A DNA stretch of 64,000 bases from Lingula anatina (taxonomy: Eukaryota > Animalia > Brachiopoda). Of this stretch, positions 1-14,900 are shown one piece after another (the first letter of the stretch is position 1; each line of letters begins with the position of its first letter). The position numbers and the translations under genes were made by a program. The notes below the pieces were generated by a model that saw only the letters and a list, made by a program, of their open reading frames with translations, was not told where the DNA came from and ran no database searches. The DNA lies in contig CM120640.1 in the NCBI GenBank assembly GCA_051362555.1, positions 20,274,001 to 20,338,000 on the forward strand, in the 5' to 3' direction.

Positions 1-1288
1 GCAAATTGCAATTAATAACAAAATCATGGGGAAAAGTAGAAGATCAAATCCAAGGTTGCAGTGAGATTGTAAATATAGGACTTGACAAGCTCTTAAAATG
101 CAGTAAACAAGAGTTCTCAATATTTTTGTTGAAAATTACAATTTATAACAAAATCATGGGGAAAAGTGAAAGGACAAACCCAAGGTTGCAGTAAAATTGT
201 GAATGTGGGGCTTCCCATCCCAGTTCAATGGTAAATATAAGAGCTTGGAAATTTGCAAAGTGTGATTCCTGGTGAAAAGTAGGTCTAAGGTCAAATTCAA
301 GGTCATAGGAAGACTGTCAATATATGAGTTCCTATTCAAGTTCAGTAGTAACTATGGGCATATCTCTACCAGTTTTGGGGATATAAGGGACATAAAATTT
401 GCATAGTTTAGTTCATGGTGAAAAGAAGGTCAAAAGTCAATTTCAAGGTCACAGATTGCCAGTATATGACTTCCTAGTAAGTTCAATAGTAACTATAAGC
501 ATATCTCTGCTAATTTTGGAGTATTTCACATTTTTTCACCACTGAAAAGTGCGAGGTTTTACTTTTTGATAAAGTACAGTACAGTGTACATGCAACTATA
601 TATGGAAAGCAAAAAGATAGACACCACTTACAGTATTGTGCTTGACAAGCTCTACAAAATGCAACAAACAAGAGGTCCTTTGCATTTATGGTTCCAGAAT
701 TAGAGTGAGTTTTCACTTTCAGTATCTAATGGCTGCTTCCCTGTGATAATGCACCAATTGACCCCAAACTCAAGAAGATGAAAGATGGCCCTAAATGTAA
801 CCCCTGTCCATAATATAATAGGTTAGGTCTGTGTAGTTTCTAAAAATTAGTGCAAAAAATTTTTTTTTGCAAAAAATTCCCATTTTTAAAACAGTTTGAC
901 CTGTTTGACTTTAAAATAAAGGTCTAAGGTCAAATCCAAGGGCATATTTGAAATCTCCACAGATGACTTGCAGTAAGCCAACTATAGTAATTTTTCCCAT
1001 AATTCCTTCAGTTTGGGAGATATATATTTAGCATTTAATTTTGCAAATTTTGGACAACGGTGCATTGCAATGATGGCTACACCTACACCAGTGCACCGAC
1101 AAAGCCCAAAATTTACATGGAGCCAGTTGAGATTATATATGACCTACATACAGTACAAAAGATGGGTACAAGGGCTTATGAAGTCTTGGAGGGGAAGCGG
1201 TGATGGTGATGTGGTGGCGGAACCAGCAGACGAGACTGGTCAGGTCTAAAACCATGTGTAGGACCAGTGCTGTGCTGTTGGTACAGTG
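1..1288. mobile_element. Helentron/HINE-like non-autonomous element, older copy (truncated by window edge)
   Basis: Collinear with 22.5-23.77 kb; AGGTCA-rich monomers near 255-520 and more degenerate ones at 1-250; decayed terminal hairpin at ~1255-1286. Confidence 0.75.
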
Positions 1289-1462
1289 ATTTTAGATAAA
1301 AATATAGGAATAATACGATGTTGCTAATTTTTCTACTTGACCTGCATTTCACACCCACTAAAAAGAATACTATCTGTTTCCGATCCACTTAACAGATCAA
1401 CCGTCGAAATAATATAGGATCTAAAATAACTGTACATACTTACATCAGCCTAAAACATTTAC

Positions 1463-1634
1463 CTGTTTGCAACACCCTCTAAGTCAAATGACTTGAAAGT
1501 TATTCTAACTCTCTCTTTTGGTCTTCCATAGAACCTATAGTGGCACTCTGTTTGCTTTGGATAGTTGCCTGGGTAATTAGGGCTGGAGAAAGTTCCATTC
1601 GCTGCCCTTTCACTTCTAAATTCACAACCACACT
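1463..1634 (-). CDS. sol-1: CUB4 N-terminal half exon (ECGCEFRSERAANGTFSSPNYPGNYPKQTECHYRFYGRPKERVRITFKSFDLEGVANR)
   Basis: T-rich acceptor ending catag, donor AG|gtaaat; canonical CUB motif. Confidence 0.93.
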
Positions 1635-4600
1635 CTATGATAAAAATGAAAAAATAAAAAGGTTTTATCTGTGAAAAATTAAAATAAAAACCAAATTTAT
1701 GCTTATAAGGTGTGACCAAAAATTACTGGGTTGCATTTGTTCATTAAAAAAACAATCTAAAATACATCTCAATATTGTCCAAATATACATAATATATTGG
1801 CCACATTGGTTAATACACACACTATCATTTTGCATCATCTTGCTTTTCTAAGTGAATTTTTATATCAATTTAAAACGAGCATTTTATAAGAACATCCTTT
1901 CAATATTTTATGATTGTTGTATGGTCACTCCAAATGTATCACAAATTATACAATGCAATTGTTGGACAACATATTGAATAAAACAACATGTGCCAGCCAG
2001 GAGAGGTCCACAGTGGCTTCATGTTCATGGAGTGCTTCAGAAAACCTTAAAACTGTAATTGAAGTCTGAATTATTTGATTTACAAGTATATTAGTAGTAG
2101 AGACCAGTATATACTAGTAAGATTGCTTTTCCCACCATTCATGTATATTAATATAACATAGTACTACCTGTATTATTAAGTGCATCTCCGTTTTCACACT
2201 TGAGCCCATTATCTGAAAAACAAAAAGAAAATAATACAATTAAAGCTTAATTGTTCTGTAATAATTTTTATGGTATTAATGCTGATCCACTAGCATCACA
2301 AACTCTTTAAAGAAATTGTATTTCAAGCAAATGCTGAAACTAATCCAATTTGCTCATACATTGATTTTAATATGAAGCAATTCACTCTCACATTATTTGA
2401 AGTTTTTTCTTTATAATGCAATACAATGTCCATGCTGATAATGGGTTCTGCAATTTCTTTACAAGATGCTCACCTGTCCTGAACTTGTAATGGAAGCAAA
2501 ATGTCTTTTTAATATTCATGTCAGATTCTGTTGCACTTGTAAATTGCACCTCCAGCTTGTTGTTATGGGACATTGCCAGGGAGATGCCATCCCCCTGATT
2601 TGACCTACAGTAAGTTCCAAAGGCTTCGTCTTCCCCACTGGCAAAAAGCTCAGCCTTGTCATCACACCTGGAATTGGTCACATTCAGTGTACCTGTATCA
2701 GGGCTGCATTTTACTTTAAAAGACATGTACTCTGTATACTTGCATTGTTTAATCTGAGCAATTTTTCAAACTATAATGAAGCAGCTTAACTCTGGGTTCC
2801 AAAATAAATAATTTTAGGTTGTTTTATTCTTTGCAGTCTTATTTGTTTACTTTCTTCTTTCTTATTTTCTAAAGAAAGTAGTTTCTCTCTTGCACTTGTA
2901 TAAATTAATCTTTTTGTTATTAACTGTACAGATCACAAGGTTACAAGATGAAGAACACACAAAGTTGTTTTTGTTTTCGTTCTTCACGATACAAAAAATT
3001 TACTGCACTACGGTATTACTGCAGCCATTTAAAACTTAAACAGTTAAGTTGCCAATTTTTATTAGTATTCAAGAAACATAATATGCATGAAAATGCATAA
3101 TTGTCATGGTTATGAATATGTCATTACAATTATGTTTCTCATAAATCTCATGTACTAATGGAGTTTGCTCATTAGGGAGTATTTTCAGAGATAAGCTACC
3201 AGACGCAAGCTGCTTCGTGCGCCTTGTGTTTTATTCATATGGGCAGGATTAATACTAACACAAATTCAAATTCAGTAGCATTGTTCTATTTCATATTCCC
3301 TGCCAAGTGAATGCATTGCATTGGAAATTGGCCAAATTTCATGATCAAAATCCAATTTGAATGGTTTTACACAAGTTGTCTCCCTCTCAAAATTTCTTCA
3401 GAAAGTATTTCATCAAGAATCCATGCCAGCATTGCTAGGGCTCATGTAGATGAGTACAAACAATGACAATTTTCAAGAAGTACAAACAATTAACAAACAA
3501 GCATGTCTAACATCTTACCTGGAAAGGGGGTTTTTAAGGTGAAAGTCTGTGAAATTGAGCTGAACCTTCTCTTTTCCAGAACCACTAAAACTATATGTAC
3601 ATTTCTGCGGCTTTGGATAAAGTATTGAGTTGATTGTGGTGCAATTTGTACCTTCTTTTTGAAGAAAACTGCTGAAGTTATGATTACAGCTTTCTTTTGA
3701 ACCTAAAAAGAGAAGGAAAAGGTGTTAATTATGCATGCCATATTTCTGTACATTCCCTCATTCAGTTTGATATTCTAATTTCTTTTTAAACCATCTACCC
3801 TTGTATTGTAGGGGCATGTTTTACACAACATCGTATGTTCTAGGCAGATGTCACTTTTTAAAATATTTTATATATTACGTGTTATTTAAAACTTTTTTAA
3901 ACTATGCAACCTTCATCTTTTAATTTTTTATCTCAGATATATCACTGAACACTCAGATAATGATTAAAAAATGTTTTGTGTTGAAATCACCTACAGTAAC
4001 AACTTTACCTCAAAATATCTTCATTACTGTGAAAAATTAACAGGCAACAATTTTCATTTGTCAACTTAAACTTCACAACCTACCCATTAAAAGTACAAAT
4101 GCAGTGCACATGTACATTGTATTAAGCAATATAACTATTCTGTTCCTATTCTGCTTAACATTGTCATTTTTTTCTATCAAAGAGAAAATTGCCATCTACA
4201 GGCACAGGCTGTGATATGTCTGTGACACTTTAGTTGTCATGGTAAAAATTATGATAGCATTCAGTGCATTGGTTTATATGAATTATGAAAAGATGTCCTT
4301 AGGTATTTCTCTCAATTATACTATTTGAAACTATTTTGGTATTGTTTGGTTGGGTTCTGTGGCCAAAATTTGACTTTAAATACATCTATCACCAAATTTT
4401 AAATGAATGCGGTTCAAGGCATATAGCTAATTCAAATGTTGCACAGCCCAGCACTATATCAAAATACAGTTTTTTATTGTATCTATTATTCTCATATTCT
4501 GACACTTATTCTCATATTCTGACATTCCAACAATCAGTTCTGCATTTGACAGCAAGTTGTGCATTAATATTGGGAAAATTAAGTCAGCAGGACTCTTGTG

Positions 4601-6877
4601 TTATCAGTGGGCATTTTTGTTAGGATTATATATGGAAATGCAAGTAAATATATTTATGAATCAGGTCCTAAGTAACATTATGTTCCTCGGAAAGACATTA
4701 AGGAAACCTAATTCAAAGCAATATGGGTTAATGGGTATCAAATGCACAAGCAGAGACCATTTATTCCTTCCTAATGCAATTGCATGCGCATCTCCACTAT
4801 CTTTGCTTTTCACATGGATCGATTCTCTCAAGCTTAAAAGGAGATTTCTTTCTCGCTTACAGAAACTGCCTTCCTTAACTTGAAGCAATGTCCAATCCAA
4901 TTGTCTTACTATCTACAAATAGGGCTATATGCCAACATGCACTGTGAAAAAACAAACCTTTTGCATAGAACTGCAATTTGGGTATCAAAATAGACAAATT
5001 TTATGATTGACTGGCAGTATTTGGTGTGTATACATAAGTATAACAATTACACTGCAAATTAAGGTTGTTGGAAAATCATCATGACATATAGAAATTACTG
5101 TATGCATGGAGGTCTATGATGATGAGAGATGGTAATGGCCAAAATGAGCTGGGAAACCCTTAGATTCTGTCTTGAATGAATGGATGAGGTGGAATGAACA
5201 TTTGGTTGAAGGAAAATCATCATGACATATAAAAATTACTGTATGCATGGAGGTCTATGATGGTGAGAGATGGTAATGGCCAAAATGAGCTGGGAAACCC
5301 TCAGATTCTGTCTTGAATGAATGAATGAGGTGGAGTGAACATTTGGTTGAAGGAAAATGTATTGAAAACATCTATCTCACAGAGCATATCAAGACAAGTA
5401 TGATTGCCTCCTGTATGTTTTTTACATTAAAAAAATATACAATTTAAAAATGTTAATTGTTTCTCCTAAGCTAGTCAATTAATCTCTGTAAGTTCTCCAT
5501 GTACAGTTTTCTCCACTAAAAATTACTGAAGCCAGGAAAAACATTTTCATAATCTTATTTACCCTTTATCTGGAAATAGAATCTTAATTGTCACCTCAAA
5601 TGACAGTAAAAATAGATACTAATGATCAAAAACCCTGCATGTGGAATATATACAAGCTAGATAACTTTATCAACCTTGACTGAAATTTGCAACAAACTTA
5701 ATTTGTTTCTCCTGCCCACTTTTATCACTGACATTAGGAAGAAATTCATAAGGCCACACTGATTTAATTTTATGGATGACATTTGTTTTGGTATGCAAGC
5801 AACGTTGGAGAGGGGGATATCACGTCTGCTCAACTACATGAGAGACTACTGATTGGGAGCCACAATCATCCAGACGACCTCAAAGATGTCCTATGCAGAG
5901 CTGCTCACACACATTTCTTTTGCAATGACACAAGAATCGAGAGAGGAGTTGAGTTATATGGTGGCCTTAAAGTGGGTCTAAAGTATCCTTAGTTGTTGGT
6001 TTGATACAAAGATGAAGCAGTTGAGTGCTGATTCTTCAGTATTCTTTTTTTTTTCTCTCTGACATTTGTTTTGGGGTCTCCAGAGGATATCATCCATAAA
6101 ATTAAATCTGTGTGGCCTAATCTTAAATCTTCAGGATAATCGGAAAACTTTAGTGTAAGAAAAGACTGTAAACTTGATTTAAATGCAATTTGACACTTTA
6201 TGCTTGCTGCAGGCACAATTATTGATGTGAAATAATCCAATTAAAACAAGTATATGAAACTCTGTATAGTTGGGTAAAGGAAAACACTATTATCTCTATG
6301 TCTGAAGGAATAATACAGTGGCAATAACAGTAATTAATCATGCAATGTTTGTTTGTAGCTAAACTAGACTGGACTGAAGTGAAGACAAATGTGGTGCATA
6401 TCATTCTGCAATTGCTTTAGGCTACAGCAAGTGGTACATGTAGAAGTAATCACACTAAATGTGATTGTCTGTCTAAATGTCAGCTTGAAAGCATCACAAA
6501 TATTTTAAAAGTTGTCAATGTATGAAAATTGACTAATGGCCATGGAGCAAGTTATATAAATGACCAGCATTGTGACCAGAGAAATAGGAATGAAAAAGAT
6601 ATCAAATTTTAACAATATTTTTTAAAAATTCGATACAGTATACAGGACTGCCCTGAGTAAACCAAATCTATTTTAAAAATTGTATGATTGAATTTTCTAG
6701 GGGTATTAGAACCAATTAAATAGATGTTAGGAGAGAGCCAGAGTACTGATTTAAAATCATTAAGTTTCATCCTTATATCTTGCCTTTTGGTTATAAAATT
6801 GCTATTTGGATCTTTGTTATTAATAAATGCATTTCTTCTGCCCTAAAAGGAATTTTTAAAATGGAAAACTTGACTGA

Positions 6878-6931
<54 letters not shown>

Positions 6932-8873
6932 GTATTGAAATGCTATCAAAATAAATTTTTTAATGGTGTATTTCATGCCAATATTTCACCCACTGTACTT
7001 TAAAGCATGTAATATATGTGGGATCTAACAATAGTATTGGGGAAGCATGCATATGAACAACAAAAACCAGAGTACATATTATTTAAAGTGTATATACAGA
7101 CATGCTTGATGTATTTGCATATATATATATATATACTGTACCCACCACGATTTTTCCCGTCTTGACTAAAATCTTGGCTTAGACAGCCAGAACATTGAAG
7201 AAGCAAGAATAAAACCAGTGTTGAGTATCTCCACATCTTCAATACCATGAATCCAACTCTTCTCTCAGGCTTAAGAATATGGATCTTTTCAGCGGATCCT
7301 TTTTTTTTTTTTCAATATAGAGTGAGTCTTCTTGCAACTAACTCCCTAATGGTTTGAAATTATAATACAATTTCTAGTTTCTTATCTCTGAGAGTGTCAT
7401 CTGTACCATGTGAATAGATGTTGCTGATCGAATCAGGAAATATTTCCAGGCAGATTCTGTTGTCTGTCTTCTCAGAAGTTTAATAGTCCAATTGCTTCAA
7501 AGTCCAATCTTCCAACTCAAATCTGAATGGCTACATACCGTTACTTTAACTAGTTGTCATGGAAATGAAGAAGGGAACGCAACAAAACAATTGGATTTCT
7601 CCCGACACAAGTGGCAAACTCAACCGGCCTACCAGCCTCTGGAGTCTAGCGGTGACTATTAGTGAATTATTCCAAAGAAAAGCTCGTCTCAGCTACAATA
7701 ATTGTAACGTCATCACAGATTTATATCTTGCTATGCTTCCAATCAACATTGAGATGGCTGCATGGATATTACCCTAAATCAAGTCCTACTAATTTAATTT
7801 TCCCCAAACTGAACAGATTAATCTTGTCTTCTTTCAACTGCAAAAGGTCACACAATGTTTCCTCACAATTCCGATATCTATTTTTCTAATCTCAAGTAAT
7901 ACATAATGTCCTGAACCCAACTTGACATCCATTTCAATCACTACCCTTAGAACCCCAAAATACTACATCCCTTGAGAGCCTCTAGAGATGTGAAGGCCTA
8001 ATCAAATATTTGACAGAGATTATGCATTTAGTCACTTTGAAAGCAAAAAGACAGCTTTTGGCTCCCTTTTTGAAAAGCAAATCCCTCACATTTGACCCTC
8101 GATTAGACCTTGGACATAATAACGAACATGTCCAAGATTAGACCATTTGCCTAGACATGCTAAAACAATCACAAAGGATTTGAATAAAATTTGCCCCAAT
8201 AACTATACTCTGTGCATGAGTTAACTTAGAAGGTAAAATTAATCTAGACACTAACCAAGTTTGCAAATGTGCAGACTAATTAGGAACCTAGGAAGGAGAG
8301 GTTTATTACAGATTTTGCATCAAAGATAGAGTGATTGCTTACAATTTTAAAAGCATTTATGAATCACCAAATTCCTTACAAAGTAGTTTTTGTTTTTGAA
8401 AATAGAATATTCATTTTTGTTGGAATTCAGTTATTACCGTTTTAAATCTACCATTTTACAGTTCCATATAATATGAAACATTTACCAATAATGAGCTGAG
8501 AAGGGCAAACATTTCATACATATCATCATTTTTATGTAACAGCTGATAGAGGCCATCAATTCATAGTTGTTTTTTTCTATTGAACACTATAATGATCCTT
8601 CATTTCTATCATTACAGATCGATTAGCAATCATTGATCTAAAATTCTTTTTGGGAACACCACAAGATCCAACCACTCGGCTCTAATCTTCTTGGACGTCA
8701 GCAAATATGATTCATTACTCACAACTGAGATATCCTTCTGATCAATTTTTACTCATTCAATTTTACTGCTTCTTCACATAGACTGGGGATAATTTTGGAT
8801 ATTAACAAGATTGATGAGGATAAGCAAGAGATGCATTGACTAATCCATGACCCTAAGAACCTACAGGCACTCC

Positions 8874-8948
<75 letters not shown>

Positions 8949-11900
8949 GAATTCTGAAAAGGAGTAGCCAATCAAGCACAAAATTTCATTCTATATATTT
9001 GATATTTTTGATGGTCAAATCAGAAGAGTACAGTATGCAGCTCATTATATCGATGGTGAATATTCAGTACTTTTCTTTTCATTTTCAAAAGCAGTGTGCA
9101 ATTAGTAAAAGTAGTCAGGTCATTTAAAACACTTTACACTTTCACATTGATGGGAAGTGAAGTGACCAAGGATCATAATTATTATTTTTATTTCTGTTTA
9201 TTTATTATTATTATTTTTTGGTTTGAGACATCTTAATCATGGGCAGGGGCATAGCTTAAAGCTGATTTTCCATGGTTCTCTAAAAGCTTTTTTTACCATC
9301 TGTATTCAACTACTGAAAAACAAACTGGCATTTTTTTTTCTACAACCGGTGTAAGCATCACCCCATTTGAGAAAATGAAAATGCTTTTTAGTAGTTGTAT
9401 TCATTCCCTTTTTCTGTAAAAAAATTATACTTTCTAATTGTATAAATTGACTTATACTGTCTGGAAAATCTCACAAGGACACTTTTGAACAGACAATTTA
9501 ATTGTCATATAAAGGTTGCCCTTTTTTCTCCAAAGCAATAAGTTCTATTGTTATTGATGTAGACCAATGGAATACAGTAAGTGCTACATTTTTTTAATGT
9601 CAGATCAGGTGAATGGGCTTATTCTATCTATCTTTATCTATCATTTTTTTTTCAAATTTTACTTCAGTAAAAAAGGATGGCCTATTATTCTGCACTATCA
9701 TTTTATGAAAAAATAATCTCGATTTGTATGAGGAAGAATCTTTCCAGAACCTAAAGTGAAAATGGCTTTGCTCTATAGCATGGAGACAGTCACATACCGG
9801 GTATGTAGCTCAAGGGAAAATCCAATATCCAGTAGACTTTTTAAATGATGATGATGATGATGATGATGTGACACACAATACAGATATTATTCTGTAATTG
9901 TCAGTTACCAAGAGAGCAGACATAATGTTTAAAAATTAATACTCAATGGCGAATCTGCTATATTTCTCAACATTTCCAAGGGGACAGGAAAACTGTTGAA
10001 AGACATGGAGTCACTTAAAGAAAGTAAAAACACAAAAATGACTTGGTCATTTTCTTATCATACATGTGCTCAGTTATAATGGAGCTGGGACTTTAGACTT
10101 GGAAATATTGAGCACAGATCATACAAGATAAAGGAATTTGATCAGTTTTAAAATTAAACCTGCCTGTTAGAATCATTGTATAATCTAATAACTAATAAGA
10201 CTCCGTTCACATGAAAAGTCTATTTTCTAAAAATCTATTTTCTATTCGCGGTATCTTGCGATCACTCCGAGCGCAGCCAAGAATTAATTACAGCTTTGGA
10301 AGTAACTGGCTCGCGGTGGCAGTAATTACGCCACGGGGTATTCAGGGCACAGACCGTGATCACAAGATACCACGAATAGAAAATAGATTTTTAGAAAATA
10401 GATTTTTCATGTGAACGAAGCCTTAGATTTTTTCTACTTCCATAACAAGCAAGTATAAAATAAATTTACCAAATAAGTTAAATGTTTGAAGATAAGAATT
10501 GCCCTTCTCTGGTTTGGTAAAACAAAATTTAGCGAAATCTCTGAGTGCAATTAAAGCAGTCTTAAAAAGCATTTTCTGGATGCAGGAATTACATTAATGG
10601 AAAAATGCTAGATTAAGCTATACAGTAAGTGTTTCATCAGCCCTTTTAGAAAATAAAGAGATTAAGAGGTTTAACGAGGCTGAATGGAAAGTATTGGCAA
10701 CTCTATTGCTCTAAAAGAACTGACATGAGAAAGTCCTTCCCAAAGGAATTGACTAATGCTCAGCTTCTTGTCAGGGCCCTGTTCCACACTAATGGTCCCT
10801 GTGTGAATCTCACTGATTGCTGATCTCTGAGTTTGAGGAAATCTGAGGACATATTTTGTATACATAACTAGACGTTCAAAAGAAAAGGCCTATTTTAAAA
10901 AATTGAATTTAGAACGAAATTATATATTGATGAGGATAGTACAAGAAAGTAAAGTTTAATATTTCTAATCTTTTTAATTTACTCAGACAACAGGGGTTCA
11001 TCAAACAGCCAGACTATAAATGTTTAATTCTGACATTGCCTTTATTTTAGTTTCATTTACAGGCCTACCCAACTTCCAGAATCTGACACTTACCTTGAAA
11101 ACGGGTAGTGTGGTCTGATATACCGGTTTATTCTGGATCCGTAGGTGCCGAGTCTGGTAGTTGGGTAGGCCTGATTTAGTACTGAACACCACAAGGAAAA
11201 CTTTAAAGCTTTTGAGTCATAATTTTTATGTACTGAAGGTAAAATAATGGTGAAACGTTAAGCAATTTTTGTTGAACTGTGATGGACAGTTTTATGAAAA
11301 ACGACACAACTATGGCAGATCACACACAAAATTATTCGTTGATGAAATAAAATTTCTGTACCCTCTATAATATCTGCATTGTTTAATTTAAAAGAGGCTA
11401 TGTCATTGCTTACTGTTGATAATTAAAAACCTTTATGGTGTTTGTATGAAAAATATATTAAGTAGATCATTAAATTGTTTACATGCAAACTTGTTAAACC
11501 AAGCAATAAAATGAGTGGAAGGTCAATCTGAAGCCAACAGTAACATGTTGTTAGTGCATTTGCAACCTGTACAAACAAAATTGCTTAGGGGAAAAAAACT
11601 TAAATACCTCAAGCCACTGTATATTAAAACTAGAGCAGACAATACAAGAAGGAATACTCAAAGGAATCATAGTGACTCCATGCTGACATTTGGCAGTTCA
11701 AGCACAAAATATTTGGTGCACTCTCAGGAATATTGAGAACTTGAGGCCATTTTGATAATGAGAAGGATATAATTCTGCTTGCACTGTTTCCATCATGCAC
11801 ACTTTAGCAAGATCAATTACAGATCATCAACAGCGTTCTGCCAGAACCCTGTTGGATGTGTAATTCCCATTTGACAATCCCCATCAAACATCTTTCCAGA

Positions 11901-14900
11901 ATCTAAAGTGAAAATGGCTTTGTGCCATAGCATGGAGAGAGTCACATGTAGCTCAGGGAAAAATCCAATATTCAGTATTCACTTTTAAAAATTACCTTAG
12001 ACTTGAAGACTCAAGGTTGCCTAACTTGCGGGTCAAGGCTAAACATTTTCTGATCATTTTCAGCAAGGACCATGGTATAACAACCTCTTTGATTTAAGAA
12101 CATTGACTGTATGAACAAAAGAAAATATCATCTATCCATCTACATTGTAGCATAGAAATTACCATGATCTACTTGCAACCTTATCAGCCGTTTCCAGTTG
12201 TTAGCCATCCAAGTAACAATTTCCTGTTAATCAATTCATTACAAACCAGTTGTCAAAGAAATAATGGATAACCTGCCAATCAATTTTGATCCAATGCTCC
12301 AAAGCTTGATGAAAATTTTGTAACTTATTCCCATGTCCATAGTAAATTCTGCATGCACAAACGTATCTGCTGCTTCATCACAACTTGATGCATCCTGCAT
12401 CAAAGATACAGTTAACCTACCAAGGGTGAACTCTTGTCATTACATGCTTTCTTTCTGCAAAATTTCTTTCAAATTCACCACTATGACATTAGCAACAGTA
12501 GAGCAGGAGAAAAGATATTTCAAAGCCCTATCATGGCGACAAATATTTGGTTAATCTGCAGAGCCATTTCAAAGTAATGAAACTTTTGTCCTGTAAATCA
12601 AAACCCATTATGCACAGTGAGAAATTAAACAGGCACTATACTTGGTGTATGTCTAAGTGCTCTATTGGAGAAAATCTATTATTGATGGGTCTGACTGTGT
12701 CATAACTGGCTTATTCAAAGCTACACAATTTACAAGTATATCATATTCATAAAGAATTAAAAGAAACATTTATACTTTTGGCAATAACAATTAATCAAAC
12801 AATGCATTATTATGCCTTCATGCTGTGAGTTGAAATAAAAGAGACATTCATTTTGAATGATGATGTTCAATGAGAAGACTATATAATATACTGCCAAGCA
12901 ATCCATTGCAACTGAGGTTTCAGTAGGTCAATAACTTCGTTCAGACGAAACAGGAAATTAGTTCTGTAATTTAATTCATTAAAGAACAAATTATCGCACC
13001 TCGTATAGTTAATGCACTTGTAGAACCATGGCTGTGCTGAATGCCACAGCATGTACAGCAATTCAAAAGCTCATTTTAGCCACAAGAGAAAATATATTTA
13101 CTGCCACATTAAAAAACCTGTGAGGTACCATGGTGCTTTTTCTAAATCCACCCCCAGAAATGTTTCATGAAAAGTTTCATTTTCAACTTCATGAAGAACT
13201 AATAACTGTTGGATTGCAATGGGGTATGCTAGCCCACTTGGCGCTAGATGTCGCTGTTGCACCTTCAGTCCTTAAGTGGCCATTTTGTAAATCAACACAT
13301 TTGGGACTACTGGTAATTTTCATTATAAACATGCCTTAGTGTTGGTGCATACCTGAATGTCAAAATCATGCCATGAAATAATATAGCACAGGTACTGAGA
13401 TTACTCATGCCACAATTTGGTGAGTTTTTGATACATCCAAAATTCAGCAAACTACCAATAAGCACCTGCATGTAGCTGTGCAATCTTTCATGGGCACATT
13501 AGGGCAAAAAAAGCCAAGATATGTAGTTACTTGGTTCACGTATCATTTTAAGTGTACTGTGTATGAAAGTGACAAAATGTCAGGGTTATCAATGAACTCA
13601 ATGTACTTTCATCTTGGAAGTTCCATACCCTTGATCTTGCTAATATTTGTTCTCTATTGGTAATAGCTTGTGTGTAACTATAAAAAAGATAATAAAAGGT
13701 GCCCTTTTTAAAAAACCTCAAAACTATTTTTCAACTAAGGCAGTAATTACCCCTCTTAAAAACCAAAAAGTCTAAAAGGTGTGTTTAAAAACTCATTGTT
13801 ATATTTGTTTCTCTGTAATCAGTCATGAAAAATCTAGGTATAAATTTGTTTTAAAGCAGAAAATTTTGGTAACATTGGTCATTATTATTTCTTTGTGAAT
13901 TAGAAAGATGACGATTTGAACTTTCCTCACTAAGTTTTATCTCTTAGTAAAACACCATGGATCCTTACAAATTTAGCATTTTTTACATAGTGACATGAAG
14001 CAAAAAGGCACATTGTAAATTTATGGTTATCTCTCACAAATATTGAACACTTCATTCATCAAGACAATGACACCTTTACAATTTTTTATTTAATAAATAC
14101 TTTTTGGCACAAACAGAAATACAATTTTGGACCTGTAAAAATACCCCTTAACTTCTAAAGTATTACAACTGTAACATTATTTTAGGAATGTTCATATGAA
14201 TTTTGTTTAAATTTTGTGAGTAATTACCACACAAAAGACTTACCAGAGGTGGTGCTACCAGGCTGTGTATTAGTAGACAGATCTAAAGTAGAAAAAAAAA
14301 AAAGAAAATAACAAAACATAAAATCGATACCAAATAATTAAAACAATTGTGTGAGAAATACTTTAAAACATATACAAAAAATGTGATGGAATCAAAATTT
14401 AAGAAAGGGTTTATGTGAGAAAAATTAAGGAAATTGTCAAACATGGGGAAATTTTAGAGTTAAAGGGATAACAACTCTGCACATGAGATTTATATTTCAC
14501 AATAAATACATTGTAAACAACTCATAGAAACATAATATATTCTATTTTACCACAAAAAGGGCATTTATAGCAATTATTCTGAAATGCTTGCCATCCAACC
14601 ATGTCACCTCCATTATGGCTACCCTCTGTAATAATCACTCTAGAGAAACTTTTTGGAAAAAAAAACAGGGACTAGCTACCTTTGATTGTAGGAATGGATT
14701 AATTAACCATTGGTTAGTATGGGAAAATTGTCATTTACCCCAGGAAAATTCTTTTTTTTTTTTTTGGCCAAAATAAACAGTTGTTATCCTTTTTATAAAC
14801 ATGTATATACCAGTATAACAACTGTATAAATTGTTACGAAAATTAAGGGTCAGATACATCATTCATCTACACAGGAAATGGACAGACAGTGGTCTGCTAG

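Noticed and set aside
5563-5569. Possible 7-nt microexon (ttccag|ATAAAGG|gtaaat) on the minus strand
   Set aside because: Would shift the frame between phase-1 exons; such motifs arise by chance in AT-rich introns.
6791-6976. Poly-Asn ORF
   Set aside because: (TTA)n microsatellite read-through.
8749-8979. Hydrophobic YLFI-repeat ORF or possible linker exon
   Set aside because: (AAAT)n microsatellite; the nearby acceptor gives an immediate stop in phase 1.
12180-12560. Coding-like composition on the minus strand (e.g. VTWMANNWKR)
   Set aside because: No sustained frame, compatible splice sites or motif I can assign.
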